From a virus (taxonomy: Duplodnaviria > Caudoviricetes), in the IMG/VR virus record IMGVR_UViG_3300022666_000217, positions 1-49,490 of that record: a DNA stretch of 49,490 bases; one strand, 5' to 3'. Below the pieces are notes generated by a model. That model was not told where the DNA came from. It ran no database searches and saw only the letters and a list, made by a program, of their open reading frames with translations. The translations under genes were made by a program, and so were the position numbers. Shown here in pieces: positions 39,601-46,535 of the stretch; the first letter of the stretch is position 1; every line of letters starts with the position of its first letter.

Positions 39601-39962
39601 AAGATCCAGTTACTGGAGAGAAGTTATGGCAGCTGGGAGGTATGTGGGACGCCGCTAAGGAACTCACGGCTATGACACCACTGGAGAAAGCGAAGGCGAT
39701 ACAGGCGAATCGTCATATAGCTGCCTTCAACCAGGATGCTATGCTCAAGAGAAAGAAGATGTTTAAGGAGAATGACCTGGAAGATCCTTCGGAGATGGAC
39801 CCTAATGATCCTAACGCAGCAGCTTTCTTCATGGGGTTAGAGCAGCGATATAAGAACATGGAGAAAGACGCGGCTATGAAAGCTCTAGAGAGGGTACCTC
39901 TGCCGCTTAAACCGTGGGCTATACAAGAACTGCAGCTACAGGGTCAACTACCAGCGGAATAA
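33666..39962 (+). CDS. Giant internal virion (ejection) protein with ADP-ribosyltransferase-like domain
   Basis: 2098 aa, last structural gene; Gly-rich N-terminal segments; VYRGE...GAAIYTS...AVNYA...RGYKAI...QFIVFD at about 36530-37100. Confidence 0.7.
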   Translation: MSAFPTPTIPVRRKPSLDDAFNLEGFPQFDTEEQNKLLQHVFEVNAEGLEGAERQTLEQEFWRRVEARRQAEAQSFQPTPEQQARVESARLGATAPPQPLPGVGTVAKAAVGEAIKTAPAALGIVDYLGSGIVNSPYVKPYAAFTSVVDKLLPVPPEEQGLITDFARGIGQLGGFVAPGRALGALASKGQQGYEKFKTLKKVTERFGKLTGSGLGLGQLEKAEQDYRERTGEDPSLLQHIGGGLGFSLASRVGTWGDRFLTNTMMGPAGRTLVGGLSEAGSETTESVLQSATNRLVLDDPTTVKESSSQAIGEGVMGGAVGMVGGLVTPKVKIPGFVSDVDTNLSQEEVTDSRDITPRMTASAIEKLSEQTCTQPSIPTTGPARVPRYKLDEKTLPLASYMLDLNGEVRIRVSGISAGSTSQPISKGDKVTTYRQAAVLRRMLPWDKVEGYLNSGKPMTMTAEEFLTLPNSTGQASDPTQQDVGYDPRVININFGLTELTHTFTVDQNGQTISEPTLPLAEGSTVLSTQGGGLSIHKLTADQVEQIRNIGTFSTPRGESFPLPAEVLRMQDMKPEEILKLSRDLLDVGVSEAKWWLNLPERKLVFGTDRYQLWPEFKPAEFISEWYVPNPDYQVVDPNEYLTSGTSSDVFLNLLKNKGDYRKPGDAAGKPGAPSIAVNDALYYATRPEGRTIDLASTGPVQYGSPLTALSPLVSLQDPILEPHRGQLVYYRNPVTRSITYSTEHNLTANNPNEALLRGAVSDIHVDRSNILTPQEAQAYIDTKLATKRIDPQDSALFLNDPTFRPAPYTTPPTVTDLQNNHTGAYYFRLLDGSIRVGKFLPHMYLGSATVSYLPNKQEGLQKLSLSYDEEIDQLLKSIVPFDVGEKEYAATIPAQTKSGTLSKAERDQVEINSAVTRVADIIHDPDFGYTPHTGYVTMELMRALLRGDDSPLFGRTITVYRGETMNKRPGFFRAGGGGQTLGAAIYTSLSPEGAVNYAETSSGGLAEIDVTLPKGEEILFVTGEGIDVWEAKYHGNQRHHYYHIEPSMMVPGDELLADLVNDAMQLQPATLDQPNPPYGSARYGAYLSKKLQERGYKAIFMIPQPQLIERTNEGSIDPPVYRFKTDVDPRLLSASSQFIVFDKSLYDYSGPILKAPLLFQHEPDVEKLDASFANLGIVDTLGVKPIPTQATPISSWGPRSLISPIPLSGVSEPISVTEPDGKIKAGVKRMSSKLLDTRGVGYTVPQWEQTFMFPESYLKGRAAGMQSAGIETQHIGNSRTVMGDVLLKQIRNSVNKAQQVQVRPYIEQIVKADEVRKKGQREIKAAYKAANKKGTSFTIEDQKQLQALVEAKQAEVSAELAKLDTYDPAVQSAGKQLIRYFRDIWHDNMRSDLLTKHFQSYYGKPSSIFTEVMQEIEAGTDPRDITEQLKRRHSDFGKTLKRQKEEAAALEARAKALPKNDPRTAVVKEQLANLAGLIKAAEVQQSHMRAAIKITANDPVAFITNLEAGKFVLVDAKTKKVITRAVTRQEFEAKKAQAEAQGFTVEEVIDDDYVNPLKPRKNILKGTQNIFDIIEQYNGTINNRIARKPWEAAYEQEQRLFPQYQDPSIRQVLDNTRQQLLGGPATVVERWINDLVVEGSRHSWGRALMLDRMNPRLGGIAMQKLSGATAAMKLGYKVPLAIVNYAMGEAHPITKYGVEYMAKGRKYIGTPEGEQLAAENMPYLDPNAGFDVLSMLGKYEGKVTDLLKPLGMNRSGEYKVRRDTFFAGYAMFRDMGYSREAAAVAARKGVRLQQACYLSSALPLILKTKDRRIIGQFTTYMFNEAGFLRGLSGTEWKTYLGMMVMMGGPQALVTAARSLPFLSNILGTTFDNFESWIQDRAVDDRLYRGLPGLGGVDMSAAVAPGFRVPTGATPLEEAMGPGYQLPFALAREFWNIGHGYSTFKDSAKRVGAETITPVRSLLNFVAAIDGFSDPDGWVKDPVTGEKLWQLGGMWDAAKELTAMTPLEKAKAIQANRHIAAFNQDAMLKRKKMFKENDLEDPSEMDPNDPNAAAFFMGLEQRYKNMEKDAAMKALERVPLPLKPWAIQELQLQGQLPAE

Positions 39963-39986
39963 AAGAGGGCCTATTGCTAGGCCCTC
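39961..39986 (-). terminator. Terminator at the convergence of the two gene blocks
   Basis: GAGGGCCTA-TTGC-TAGGCCCTC hairpin with TTTT on the - strand. Confidence 0.7.
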
Positions 39987-39987
39987 G

Positions 39988-40004
39988 TGTAAGATTATCT
40001 TACA
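39988..40004. promoter_or_regulatory. Palindromic box 10 TGTAAGATTATCTTACA
   Basis: Abuts the hairpin; contains the stop of 39995-41203. Confidence 0.85.
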
Positions 40005-41203
40005 TCTGGACTCCCTTTGTACTCGATTGTTAGGTTTTTTCCTGTTATATCGAGCACTAGAGAGCAGAAGTCCATAGCCTCCAGCGTAGCAACGACCTTC
40101 TTCATCTGCTCATAGTCGGCGTCGTAGTGGAAAGCCTTCAGTAGTTCAGCATACGTGGTGACACCCTTATCTGCGATATAGGTCATGACTCTGCTAGTAA
40201 CATCAGCATTCTCTGCTCGACCTACACCAGAAAAGGTCTTCGGCATGTTTCGTTCTGTGTGCTCTAGAAGTTCCTTCGCACGTAGAAAATCCTGTCTATC
40301 TATGACCAACTGATCCTGTCTACTTGCACTCATTATCATACTGAGCTTTAGTAGGTGGTTTGGTCGACGTTCGAGGTACCCCTCGAAGAGAGGCTGGGAG
40401 AATGGTTTGTGTACTTCCTGCCACGGATACCAGGTGGTCCACTCATCGATGAAGGAACTGGTGACCTTATACTCTCCAGATAGGAGAAGTATTCGACGAA
40501 GATCATCCTCGAGGTCGGAGTATAGAGCTTTCTCCTCCTCCGTGTAGAAAGGAAGGGCGACACTCTTAGCCTTCTTACTCTCGTACACGAAGATTATCCT
40601 TGAGGTAAGACCTCCACCGATAGCGTCTCTGGGCATTGTACTTTGGAGAAGCTCTGGAGTAGTAGCTCCTAGGAGATTAACCCAGACGCCAATTATCACA
40701 TCTGTTCCCTGATTCTTAGTTCGATACGTCCACCTTTCCCTGCAGTCGTACCAGTCAGTGAGGTCTGACATTAGCTGGAGATTGCCGTAGCCGAGGAATA
40801 CAGTCAGCTCTGGACTGTATATAGTCAGGCTACTATGGTGGGTAGCACTAGCCTGCTGGTCTACGCCTCCCTCTATACTAGTCACGTCGAGAGAGTTAGA
40901 CTCTCTAAGCTCACGGATGAGGGCTTCTCGGGTTATCGCCTCGGCAGCTATAGGGATGCCAAGTGCACGTAGAAACCCATAGCCTGGACTCATTGCCGTG
41001 CCTTTCCTGCACCTACCAGATGGTGCTACTAGTACTGTATAGAGGTTAGGGAAGAACTCGAGGTATCCCCACTTGAGAGAACACTTCCGCTGCATTGCAG
41101 CAGCGATGGTTGAAACAGCCGTCCACTTTCGGAAGAGGACAGGAGGCTCTGAGTTATCAGTGTACCTCATATAGGTGTCAATCCAATCAGTACAGCAGCG
41201 CAT
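39995..41203 (-). CDS. P-loop ATPase, putative replicative helicase (DUF3987-like)
   Basis: LYTVLVAPSGRCRKGTA Walker-A-like, NLLGATTP, GGLTSRIIFV; adjacent to PolA. Confidence 0.65.
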   Translation of the reverse strand: MRCCTDWIDTYMRYTDNSEPPVLFRKWTAVSTIAAAMQRKCSLKWGYLEFFPNLYTVLVAPSGRCRKGTAMSPGYGFLRALGIPIAAEAITREALIRELRESNSLDVTSIEGGVDQQASATHHSSLTIYSPELTVFLGYGNLQLMSDLTDWYDCRERWTYRTKNQGTDVIIGVWVNLLGATTPELLQSTMPRDAIGGGLTSRIIFVYESKKAKSVALPFYTEEEKALYSDLEDDLRRILLLSGEYKVTSSFIDEWTTWYPWQEVHKPFSQPLFEGYLERRPNHLLKLSMIMSASRQDQLVIDRQDFLRAKELLEHTERNMPKTFSGVGRAENADVTSRVMTYIADKGVTTYAELLKAFHYDADYEQMKKVVATLEAMDFCSLVLDITGKNLTIEYKGSPDVR

Positions 41204-41212
41204 GTATAACTC

Positions 41213-43654
41213 CTAGAATCCAGTCTCTTCCGCTATAAGCTCGGGATCATCATTCTCGTCCTCCTCTTCTGGTATTTCCTCCTCCTGTTCCAGGTAGGCT
41301 TCGCTGTACCATGCCTGGCCCAGTGCATCCGCGGCCTGCTCTGCAGTGCGGAACTTCACCTCGACTAGCTCCTTGAGATTTCGTCCTATGCTGAAATCTG
41401 CTGGGATTCTAAAGCTGACGCCTTTGTACACAATGGGCTGCTCCAGACTTTGCCGAAGTCGGAGAGCTATCTCACCCTGTTTAATCCAGGGAACTGATAG
41501 AGGAATCTGGAAGACAAGGCTATCGTGTACTTGATTGAGGAGCTCTACATCCTTAAAGAATGGGTCCTCGAATAGAGGTCGGAGTCCTAGCTGATTGATA
41601 ATATCAGCGACGGTACTCTGTGGGATAAAGGAGTAGGCTTCCTTGAAGAGATCGTCGTCCCATCTTCCGAGGAATATGCGTTTCCTCCCGAATGGGTTGT
41701 AGAGCGCTCGGCCATTGGAGAGAGCATATTGTATACTTTCGTGCCAGGTTCTAACACCAGGGTAGCCCTCATGATAGCGAGTATGCACGAACTTAGCGAA
41801 GCTCTCTTCCAGCTCATGGATATGAGCGAATTTCCTGTAGCTCATACCATAGTTTAGGCCGTGGTTACTAACCTTCCCGACCTTTCTCTCTTCAGGAGTT
41901 ATACTCTCTATCGGTTTCCTGAAGATAAGGGAAGCAGTTTGTTTGTGGATATCAATCCCACTCTCAAAGGCGTGAATCATGTTAGTCTCTGGAGCTATAT
42001 ATGCGACTACTCTATTCTCCGCCTGGCTTAGGTCTACATTGTAGAGGACATATCCATCGTCACAAAGGCAGAACTTCTTGAACTCAGGTGGGAGGTTCTG
42101 CATATTGCCCCCAGTGCCGAGGATCGTTTTGCTACTGCTGAGCCTACCTGACTTCGTCCCTACTGGGTTGAAACTGCAGCGGATACGATTGTCAGGGTCG
42201 AGCTTCATTTTCAAGTAGCTGTCTCTAAACTTGTTAATTTTCCTGATCTGGATCAGTATGCTGGCAGCCTCATAGCCTCGAGCGGCAAGGCGAACTAGAG
42301 CCTTATATTCAGTAGTCGGGTTGTGGGTCTTCCTGTTGATATAAGGTTTGAGCTTTAGCTCATCATAGAAGTAGCTCTTTACTTGGGCTGAGCTTTTCGG
42401 GTTAATCTCGTGGCCTACCACCTCAGTGAGCTGGTCTTCTAGGGTTACTAAGTCGAGGGCAGATTGCTCGACAGCTTCCCTTATCTTATCTACGTCTATT
42501 CTCATTCCTTTCCAGTGCATGTATACCAAAGGAGGAATGAGGGATAGCTGCTTCTGATAGGTCGGCAGGTTGCCATACTTGGTGAGCTCTGACTTCAGCT
42601 TGGGCAGGACCTCGAGGCATAGGCAGGCGTCCTTCGCATTGTACTGCCAGAAGGTGACGTCGGAATCTCCAATACTCATCCAGCGTTTACCCTCGTCTTT
42701 GTAGTAAGGCTCCTTGGTATAGACCGAGGTCACGAAATCCAATCCCTTCTTCTGCTCCGGGAGAAGGATTCCCTGCGCTACCATACTATCCTCGACGGGC
42801 GATATTACTATACCGAGCTTCATTAACATATAGGTGGCATCGAAGGTTATATTGTGGCCTACCTTAATCACATTGGGATTTTCTAAGAGCTGCTGGAGGC
42901 AGGCCCAGACCTTAGCCTCTTGGTCAGGAGTAAAGTAGTCTCCCTTGTGGTAGGAGAATGGAATGCACATAGCCTCGTAAGGATTAGTGGCGATAGCGAG
43001 GCAGGATACGTGATCCCGAACTACTTCTATGTCGAATCCTATGTAAGGGCAGTGCTCGGCTTCCTTAATGAAGTCGATAGTTGAGGAGAAGTCAGGTTCA
43101 ACTATCAAGTTTCGCTCAGGTAGCCTTCTAACCGGGTCGCAACTTTCTTCTAGGACTCTCTTCAAGTCCATTCGGATCAGGGATTGGTAGTCATAGATTC
43201 TGAGGGCAGCAGAGGGGTGGATAATTGGGATGACCTTCTTTCCAACGGCCTCGCTCCAAAGGATAGATCCTCGTCTCTTGCTTATGCTGAGCAGGTCACA
43301 AAGCGCCCATAGAGCTATATTGCCTGCGGCTACGACTACATTAGCCTCAGTACCTTTTATCTCTTCGATTAGCTCCTTCTTATAGGCAAGGAAAGCAGGG
43401 CTTTGACTTACTACCCTGTCAGACTTTATCTTAATGAAAGGAGTTACATCATTGTGCAGAGGGCGCTCCTTTATCACGTTGGTAATGTAGCAGTCCTTCC
43501 GCATGATACCGACCTGTTGAAGCAGCTTTGTTAGGAGTTGCCCAGCCGGACCGATGAATGGCTGTCGTAGCCGTTCCTCGTATTCACCGGGCGCCTCACC
43601 TACGATGGCTATGCTGCTTCTTGTGGAACCTATACCGGGTACTCTTGCTGTCAT
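41213..43654 (-). CDS. polA: Family A DNA polymerase with N-terminal uracil-DNA glycosylase-like domain and 3'-5' exonuclease
   Basis: UDG: IVGEAPG, PFIGPAG, HPSA. Exo: FDIE, GHNITFD, YNAKD. Pol: GRLSSS, DLSQAENR, KVSNHGLNYG, QVHDS. Confidence 0.95.
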   Translation of the reverse strand: MTARVPGIGSTRSSIAIVGEAPGEYEERLRQPFIGPAGQLLTKLLQQVGIMRKDCYITNVIKERPLHNDVTPFIKIKSDRVVSQSPAFLAYKKELIEEIKGTEANVVVAAGNIALWALCDLLSISKRRGSILWSEAVGKKVIPIIHPSAALRIYDYQSLIRMDLKRVLEESCDPVRRLPERNLIVEPDFSSTIDFIKEAEHCPYIGFDIEVVRDHVSCLAIATNPYEAMCIPFSYHKGDYFTPDQEAKVWACLQQLLENPNVIKVGHNITFDATYMLMKLGIVISPVEDSMVAQGILLPEQKKGLDFVTSVYTKEPYYKDEGKRWMSIGDSDVTFWQYNAKDACLCLEVLPKLKSELTKYGNLPTYQKQLSLIPPLVYMHWKGMRIDVDKIREAVEQSALDLVTLEDQLTEVVGHEINPKSSAQVKSYFYDELKLKPYINRKTHNPTTEYKALVRLAARGYEAASILIQIRKINKFRDSYLKMKLDPDNRIRCSFNPVGTKSGRLSSSKTILGTGGNMQNLPPEFKKFCLCDDGYVLYNVDLSQAENRVVAYIAPETNMIHAFESGIDIHKQTASLIFRKPIESITPEERKVGKVSNHGLNYGMSYRKFAHIHELEESFAKFVHTRYHEGYPGVRTWHESIQYALSNGRALYNPFGRKRIFLGRWDDDLFKEAYSFIPQSTVADIINQLGLRPLFEDPFFKDVELLNQVHDSLVFQIPLSVPWIKQGEIALRLRQSLEQPIVYKGVSFRIPADFSIGRNLKELVEVKFRTAEQAADALGQAWYSEAYLEQEEEIPEEEDENDDPELIAEETGF

Positions 43655-45018
43655 GGCTTTAATACCTCCGGCCAGATTCGTGCCCGGTCCGCGGGCAGAG
43701 ATCGATAATCTCCTGGTTTGCCTCCCTGTACTTTTACTATAAAGTGATTCTTAAAGTCAGCATTGAGCTCATAGCCCACAGCTTGGTGGCCGAGGTTAGC
43801 TGCAGCAAGTAAGCTGTTGCCTGAGCCGAGGAAGGGGATGAGTATTGTATTCCTCCGATTAGACTGCAGGAAGGTAGACATTATGTCCTGTATCAGCTCT
43901 ATCGGCTTCTCGGTGGGGTGCACCTTAGCGTCGCCGGTGAGTCGATTGTACTGGTAGACGTCTGTCCTCATACTATTCGCTATTGCAGTATTTCCTTTCC
44001 TAGCGTAGAAGAAGGGCTCATAGCCAGAGCCAAGGCTGTGCACAGGGTTATGAGGTCGAGTGAAGGGCTTGTACCAGATAGCTGGTCGTCCTGTCTTAAA
44101 GCCGTTGTCGAGGAGAAGTTGCTTTATCACAGGATTCCAAGGGTGCATAGCGTGCCACATTATTAACCAGCCCTGATCTGTAAGAAGACGACGGCACTCT
44201 TTAATCAGCCTGGTTATGAACTCCTCGTAGGAAGTTCCAGAGAACTCTACAAAGCCACGGCTTGTTCCAGTTCCGAGGTCCTCGAAGAGTTCGGTTTCGT
44301 CAATAGCATAGGGCGGGTCGCACTCGATAAGATCATAGACACCCTCCGGTGTCCTAGAAGCGTGGTCGAAGAAGTCTCCGATTATGTAGGAGTCGATTAT
44401 CTTCTTCCGCTGTATGTCGATAGGAGTGGAGCTTTGCTTGTTCTGTATCTCCTGCGCTATGACTGCGGCTTCGAGGTCTTTCTTCAGCACCTTAAGCATA
44501 CGGTTGGCCTCGGCCTTAGTCTCACAGTTTGCCAAGTCGGGGAGGATAAGCATAGCCTCGGCTAAGCGAATGTCGTCGGCTGTATTAGTGTGAGTCTCTC
44601 CAATGAGGGAGGCAGTGTCTCTCTTACTCCACCCTTCGGCGTCGGGTCGGCTGCTGACTTTCTCGCCGTGCAGAGCTACTTGAATATCGTGGATAGCTTT
44701 CTTCAGGCTGACCTCCTCAGCCCAGGTCATGTCCTTCCTCTGCAGGTTCTCAGTAAGCTCGATGCTTTTCCTCTCGAGTTCTGTAAGTCCCTCAGGGTAG
44801 ATTCGGACAGGGATAGCCTCCATGGATATCAGACGGCAGGCTTCATAGCGTCGGCCTCCCGCGAGGAGTCGGAAGTGGTCCCCTTCTTGCATGACAGCAA
44901 GAGGTTGGATAAGGCCTCGTTCTTTTATACTCTGGGCTAGCTCCTCAAGGTCACCGTAGTCCTGCCGGAAACGGTCCTCGACTATTATAGCAGTCACTGG
45001 GATTATATCTACACGCAT
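43651..45018 (-). CDS. ParB-like domain fused to DNA amino-methyltransferase (N6A/N4C, beta order)
   Basis: GLIQPL, AGGRRY, ENLQR and HTH-like WSKRDTASLIG; DPPY, HPTEKP, PFLGSG. Confidence 0.9.
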   Translation of the reverse strand: MRVDIIPVTAIIVEDRFRQDYGDLEELAQSIKERGLIQPLAVMQEGDHFRLLAGGRRYEACRLISMEAIPVRIYPEGLTELERKSIELTENLQRKDMTWAEEVSLKKAIHDIQVALHGEKVSSRPDAEGWSKRDTASLIGETHTNTADDIRLAEAMLILPDLANCETKAEANRMLKVLKKDLEAAVIAQEIQNKQSSTPIDIQRKKIIDSYIIGDFFDHASRTPEGVYDLIECDPPYAIDETELFEDLGTGTSRGFVEFSGTSYEEFITRLIKECRRLLTDQGWLIMWHAMHPWNPVIKQLLLDNGFKTGRPAIWYKPFTRPHNPVHSLGSGYEPFFYARKGNTAIANSMRTDVYQYNRLTGDAKVHPTEKPIELIQDIMSTFLQSNRRNTILIPFLGSGNSLLAAANLGHQAVGYELNADFKNHFIVKVQGGKPGDYRSLPADRARIWPEVLKP

Positions 45019-45021
45019 TTA

Positions 45022-45258
45022 TTAAGCTCCTCCTTGTAGTGCGGAGAGGAGCATCTGGATGTCCTCTGCGCTTAGATTGTTGATTACTTTCTTAGTCTCT
45101 TTCTTCCCCTCGATCTTTGCTTGAGTAGCCGCGCTCCTGGGCTTGGATACAGGGGCGCGTCTCAGCTCTCGGATCTTCATCACCTTTGTTACTATCTCAT
45201 TATAGGTCATCTCAGACATAAGCTCAGAGGCTGGGATCTTCGCTTTGAGCGGGTTCAT
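45022..45258 (-). CDS. Small basic hypothetical protein
   Basis: 78 aa, AAGGAG RBS. Confidence 0.7.
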   Translation of the reverse strand: MNPLKAKIPASELMSEMTYNEIVTKVMKIRELRRAPVSKPRSAATQAKIEGKKETKKVINNLSAEDIQMLLSALQGGA

Positions 45259-45478
45259 TCTTGAGCTCCTTTATCAACAGCTTAAGCCCGATTTCTCGAG
45301 CTATAATAGCCCCGATGAGGTCTGGTCCTCGCCCTGTTTTCTCGATGACGTCTATAAGGTCGTCGATGATAGCACTGAAAAGTAGGCGACGCAAACCCCA
45401 GGGAATATACTTCTGCATCTTATCGAATTGACTCTGGGTCACCTCAATTCCAATTCTTGGCTTGTAGAGGTCTGGCAT
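45224..45478 (-). CDS. Hypothetical protein, possible ribbon-helix-helix regulator
   Basis: PRIGIEVT strand plus two helices; directly downstream of box 11. Confidence 0.55.
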   Translation of the reverse strand: MPDLYKPRIGIEVTQSQFDKMQKYIPWGLRRLLFSAIIDDLIDVIEKTGRGPDLIGAIIAREIGLKLLIKELKNEPAQSEDPSL

Positions 45479-45491
45479 ATCTAACTCCTGG

Positions 45492-45508
45492 TGTAAGATT
45501 TTCTTACA
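45492..45508. promoter_or_regulatory. Palindromic box 11 TGTAAGATTTTCTTACA
   Basis: 13 nt upstream of the ATG at 45478 on the - strand; preceded by a hairpin. Confidence 0.85.
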
Positions 45509-45510
45509 TC

Positions 45511-45536
45511 TGGGGGCTGAGAAATCCCAGCCCCCA
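45511..45536 (-). terminator. 9-bp hairpin without U-tract after SSB, next to box 11
   Basis: TGGGGGCTG/CAGCCCCCA. Confidence 0.6.
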
Positions 45537-45550
45537 TCTGTAGCTCTCGA

Positions 45551-45937
45551 CTACCGGCCCACGACGAATGTCTTGATGACATTCTTGTCGCCGTACTGTT
45601 GGTCTTCCTGAGTAGTCAGGATAGCATAGCACTCCCGACCGACAATGTCGTCGAGATCCAGGGGAGCGTCGAGATCCACTCCCATTGCTTTGCACATCTG
45701 CTTGATAGCGAGCAGACGGCGGTGGTCCTTCTTCGCGTCGCTGTTGTCTGGCAGCATGAGGATGTGGTAGAGGTCCTCTGCTGTCGGCTCATTCGGCAGG
45801 GCGAATCGAAGGTTGATATATCGACCCCCCTTCTGCGAGTTCTTTACCTCTGCTGTTTGGCACTGGAGGAGATATTCTCCGTCTGGTACTAACTTGAGGT
45901 CTTCTACGTTGCTGAGGTTGAGGTCAAGAAACGACAT
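45551..45937 (-). CDS. Single-stranded DNA-binding protein (DUF669-like)
   Basis: LVPDGEY...AEVKNSQKGGRYINLRF...DLDDIVGREC...KNVIK; start reset to 45937 (AGGAGA RBS). Confidence 0.75.
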   Translation of the reverse strand: MSFLDLNLSNVEDLKLVPDGEYLLQCQTAEVKNSQKGGRYINLRFALPNEPTAEDLYHILMLPDNSDAKKDHRRLLAIKQMCKAMGVDLDAPLDLDDIVGRECYAILTTQEDQQYGDKNVIKTFVVGR

Positions 45938-45992
45938 GCTGGTTCTCCTACTTCTACTCTGATATATGGGCTGCAAGGCAACCCTTTGTACA

Positions 45993-46535
45993 CTACTTCA
46001 GGTACCGCTTCTTCAGTTCCATAGCGTCCTCGCAGGCATGTCTAGCCTGGAGGATTAGGGTCTGAGGTTCACTGAATGTGAACCCAAGGTGCTGGTGGAT
46101 ATCATGAGGTTGATGGCTTAGAGGAGCCCAGCTTGTCAATGCAGATAGGGCTCGGCTAAGCGAAGTCACGTCGCATAGGCTTCCTTGCGTGTGTACGTAG
46201 TAGCTCGCCGGCTGTAGATTAGCCTCGAAGAGAAGGAAGTCTAACCACTCCCCCGATTCCCTGGGATGGTAACCGCAGAGGATATACTTCCCGTCAGGGG
46301 GTAGATTAAAGTCAAGGAACTCTGCCAGCTTCGCAGCGACTGAGTCCGCATTGTGGAACTGTTCCTCCGGAATCTTCTCCCGGGTGGGAATCGGAGGTTT
46401 GATATAGCAGGCTAAGTTAGGACCCTTCTCTGTATACAGAGCTATTCCTTTACAGTAGCCTTGTTTGGGATAGCCTTCGTGCCAGGAGGCTATCCAGAGT
46501 CGGTTAGCGATTGTCCCCACTACCATGAAGTACAC
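45993..46535 (-). CDS. Degenerate DnaQ/DEDDh exonuclease-like protein
   Basis: ILCGYH, LCDVTSL and HACEDA resemble ExoII/III motifs; the ExoI DxE is absent. Confidence 0.45.
   Translation of the reverse strand: MYFMVVGTIANRLWIASWHEGYPKQGYCKGIALYTEKGPNLACYIKPPIPTREKIPEEQFHNADSVAAKLAEFLDFNLPPDGKYILCGYHPRESGEWLDFLLFEANLQPASYYVHTQGSLCDVTSLSRALSALTSWAPLSHQPHDIHQHLGFTFSEPQTLILQARHACEDAMELKKRYLK

Noticed and set aside
1498-45508. Repeated palindrome as a CRISPR array (given the Cas4-like gene)
   Set aside because: Copies are kilobases apart, not separated by 30-40-nt spacers, and no cas1, cas2 or effector genes are present
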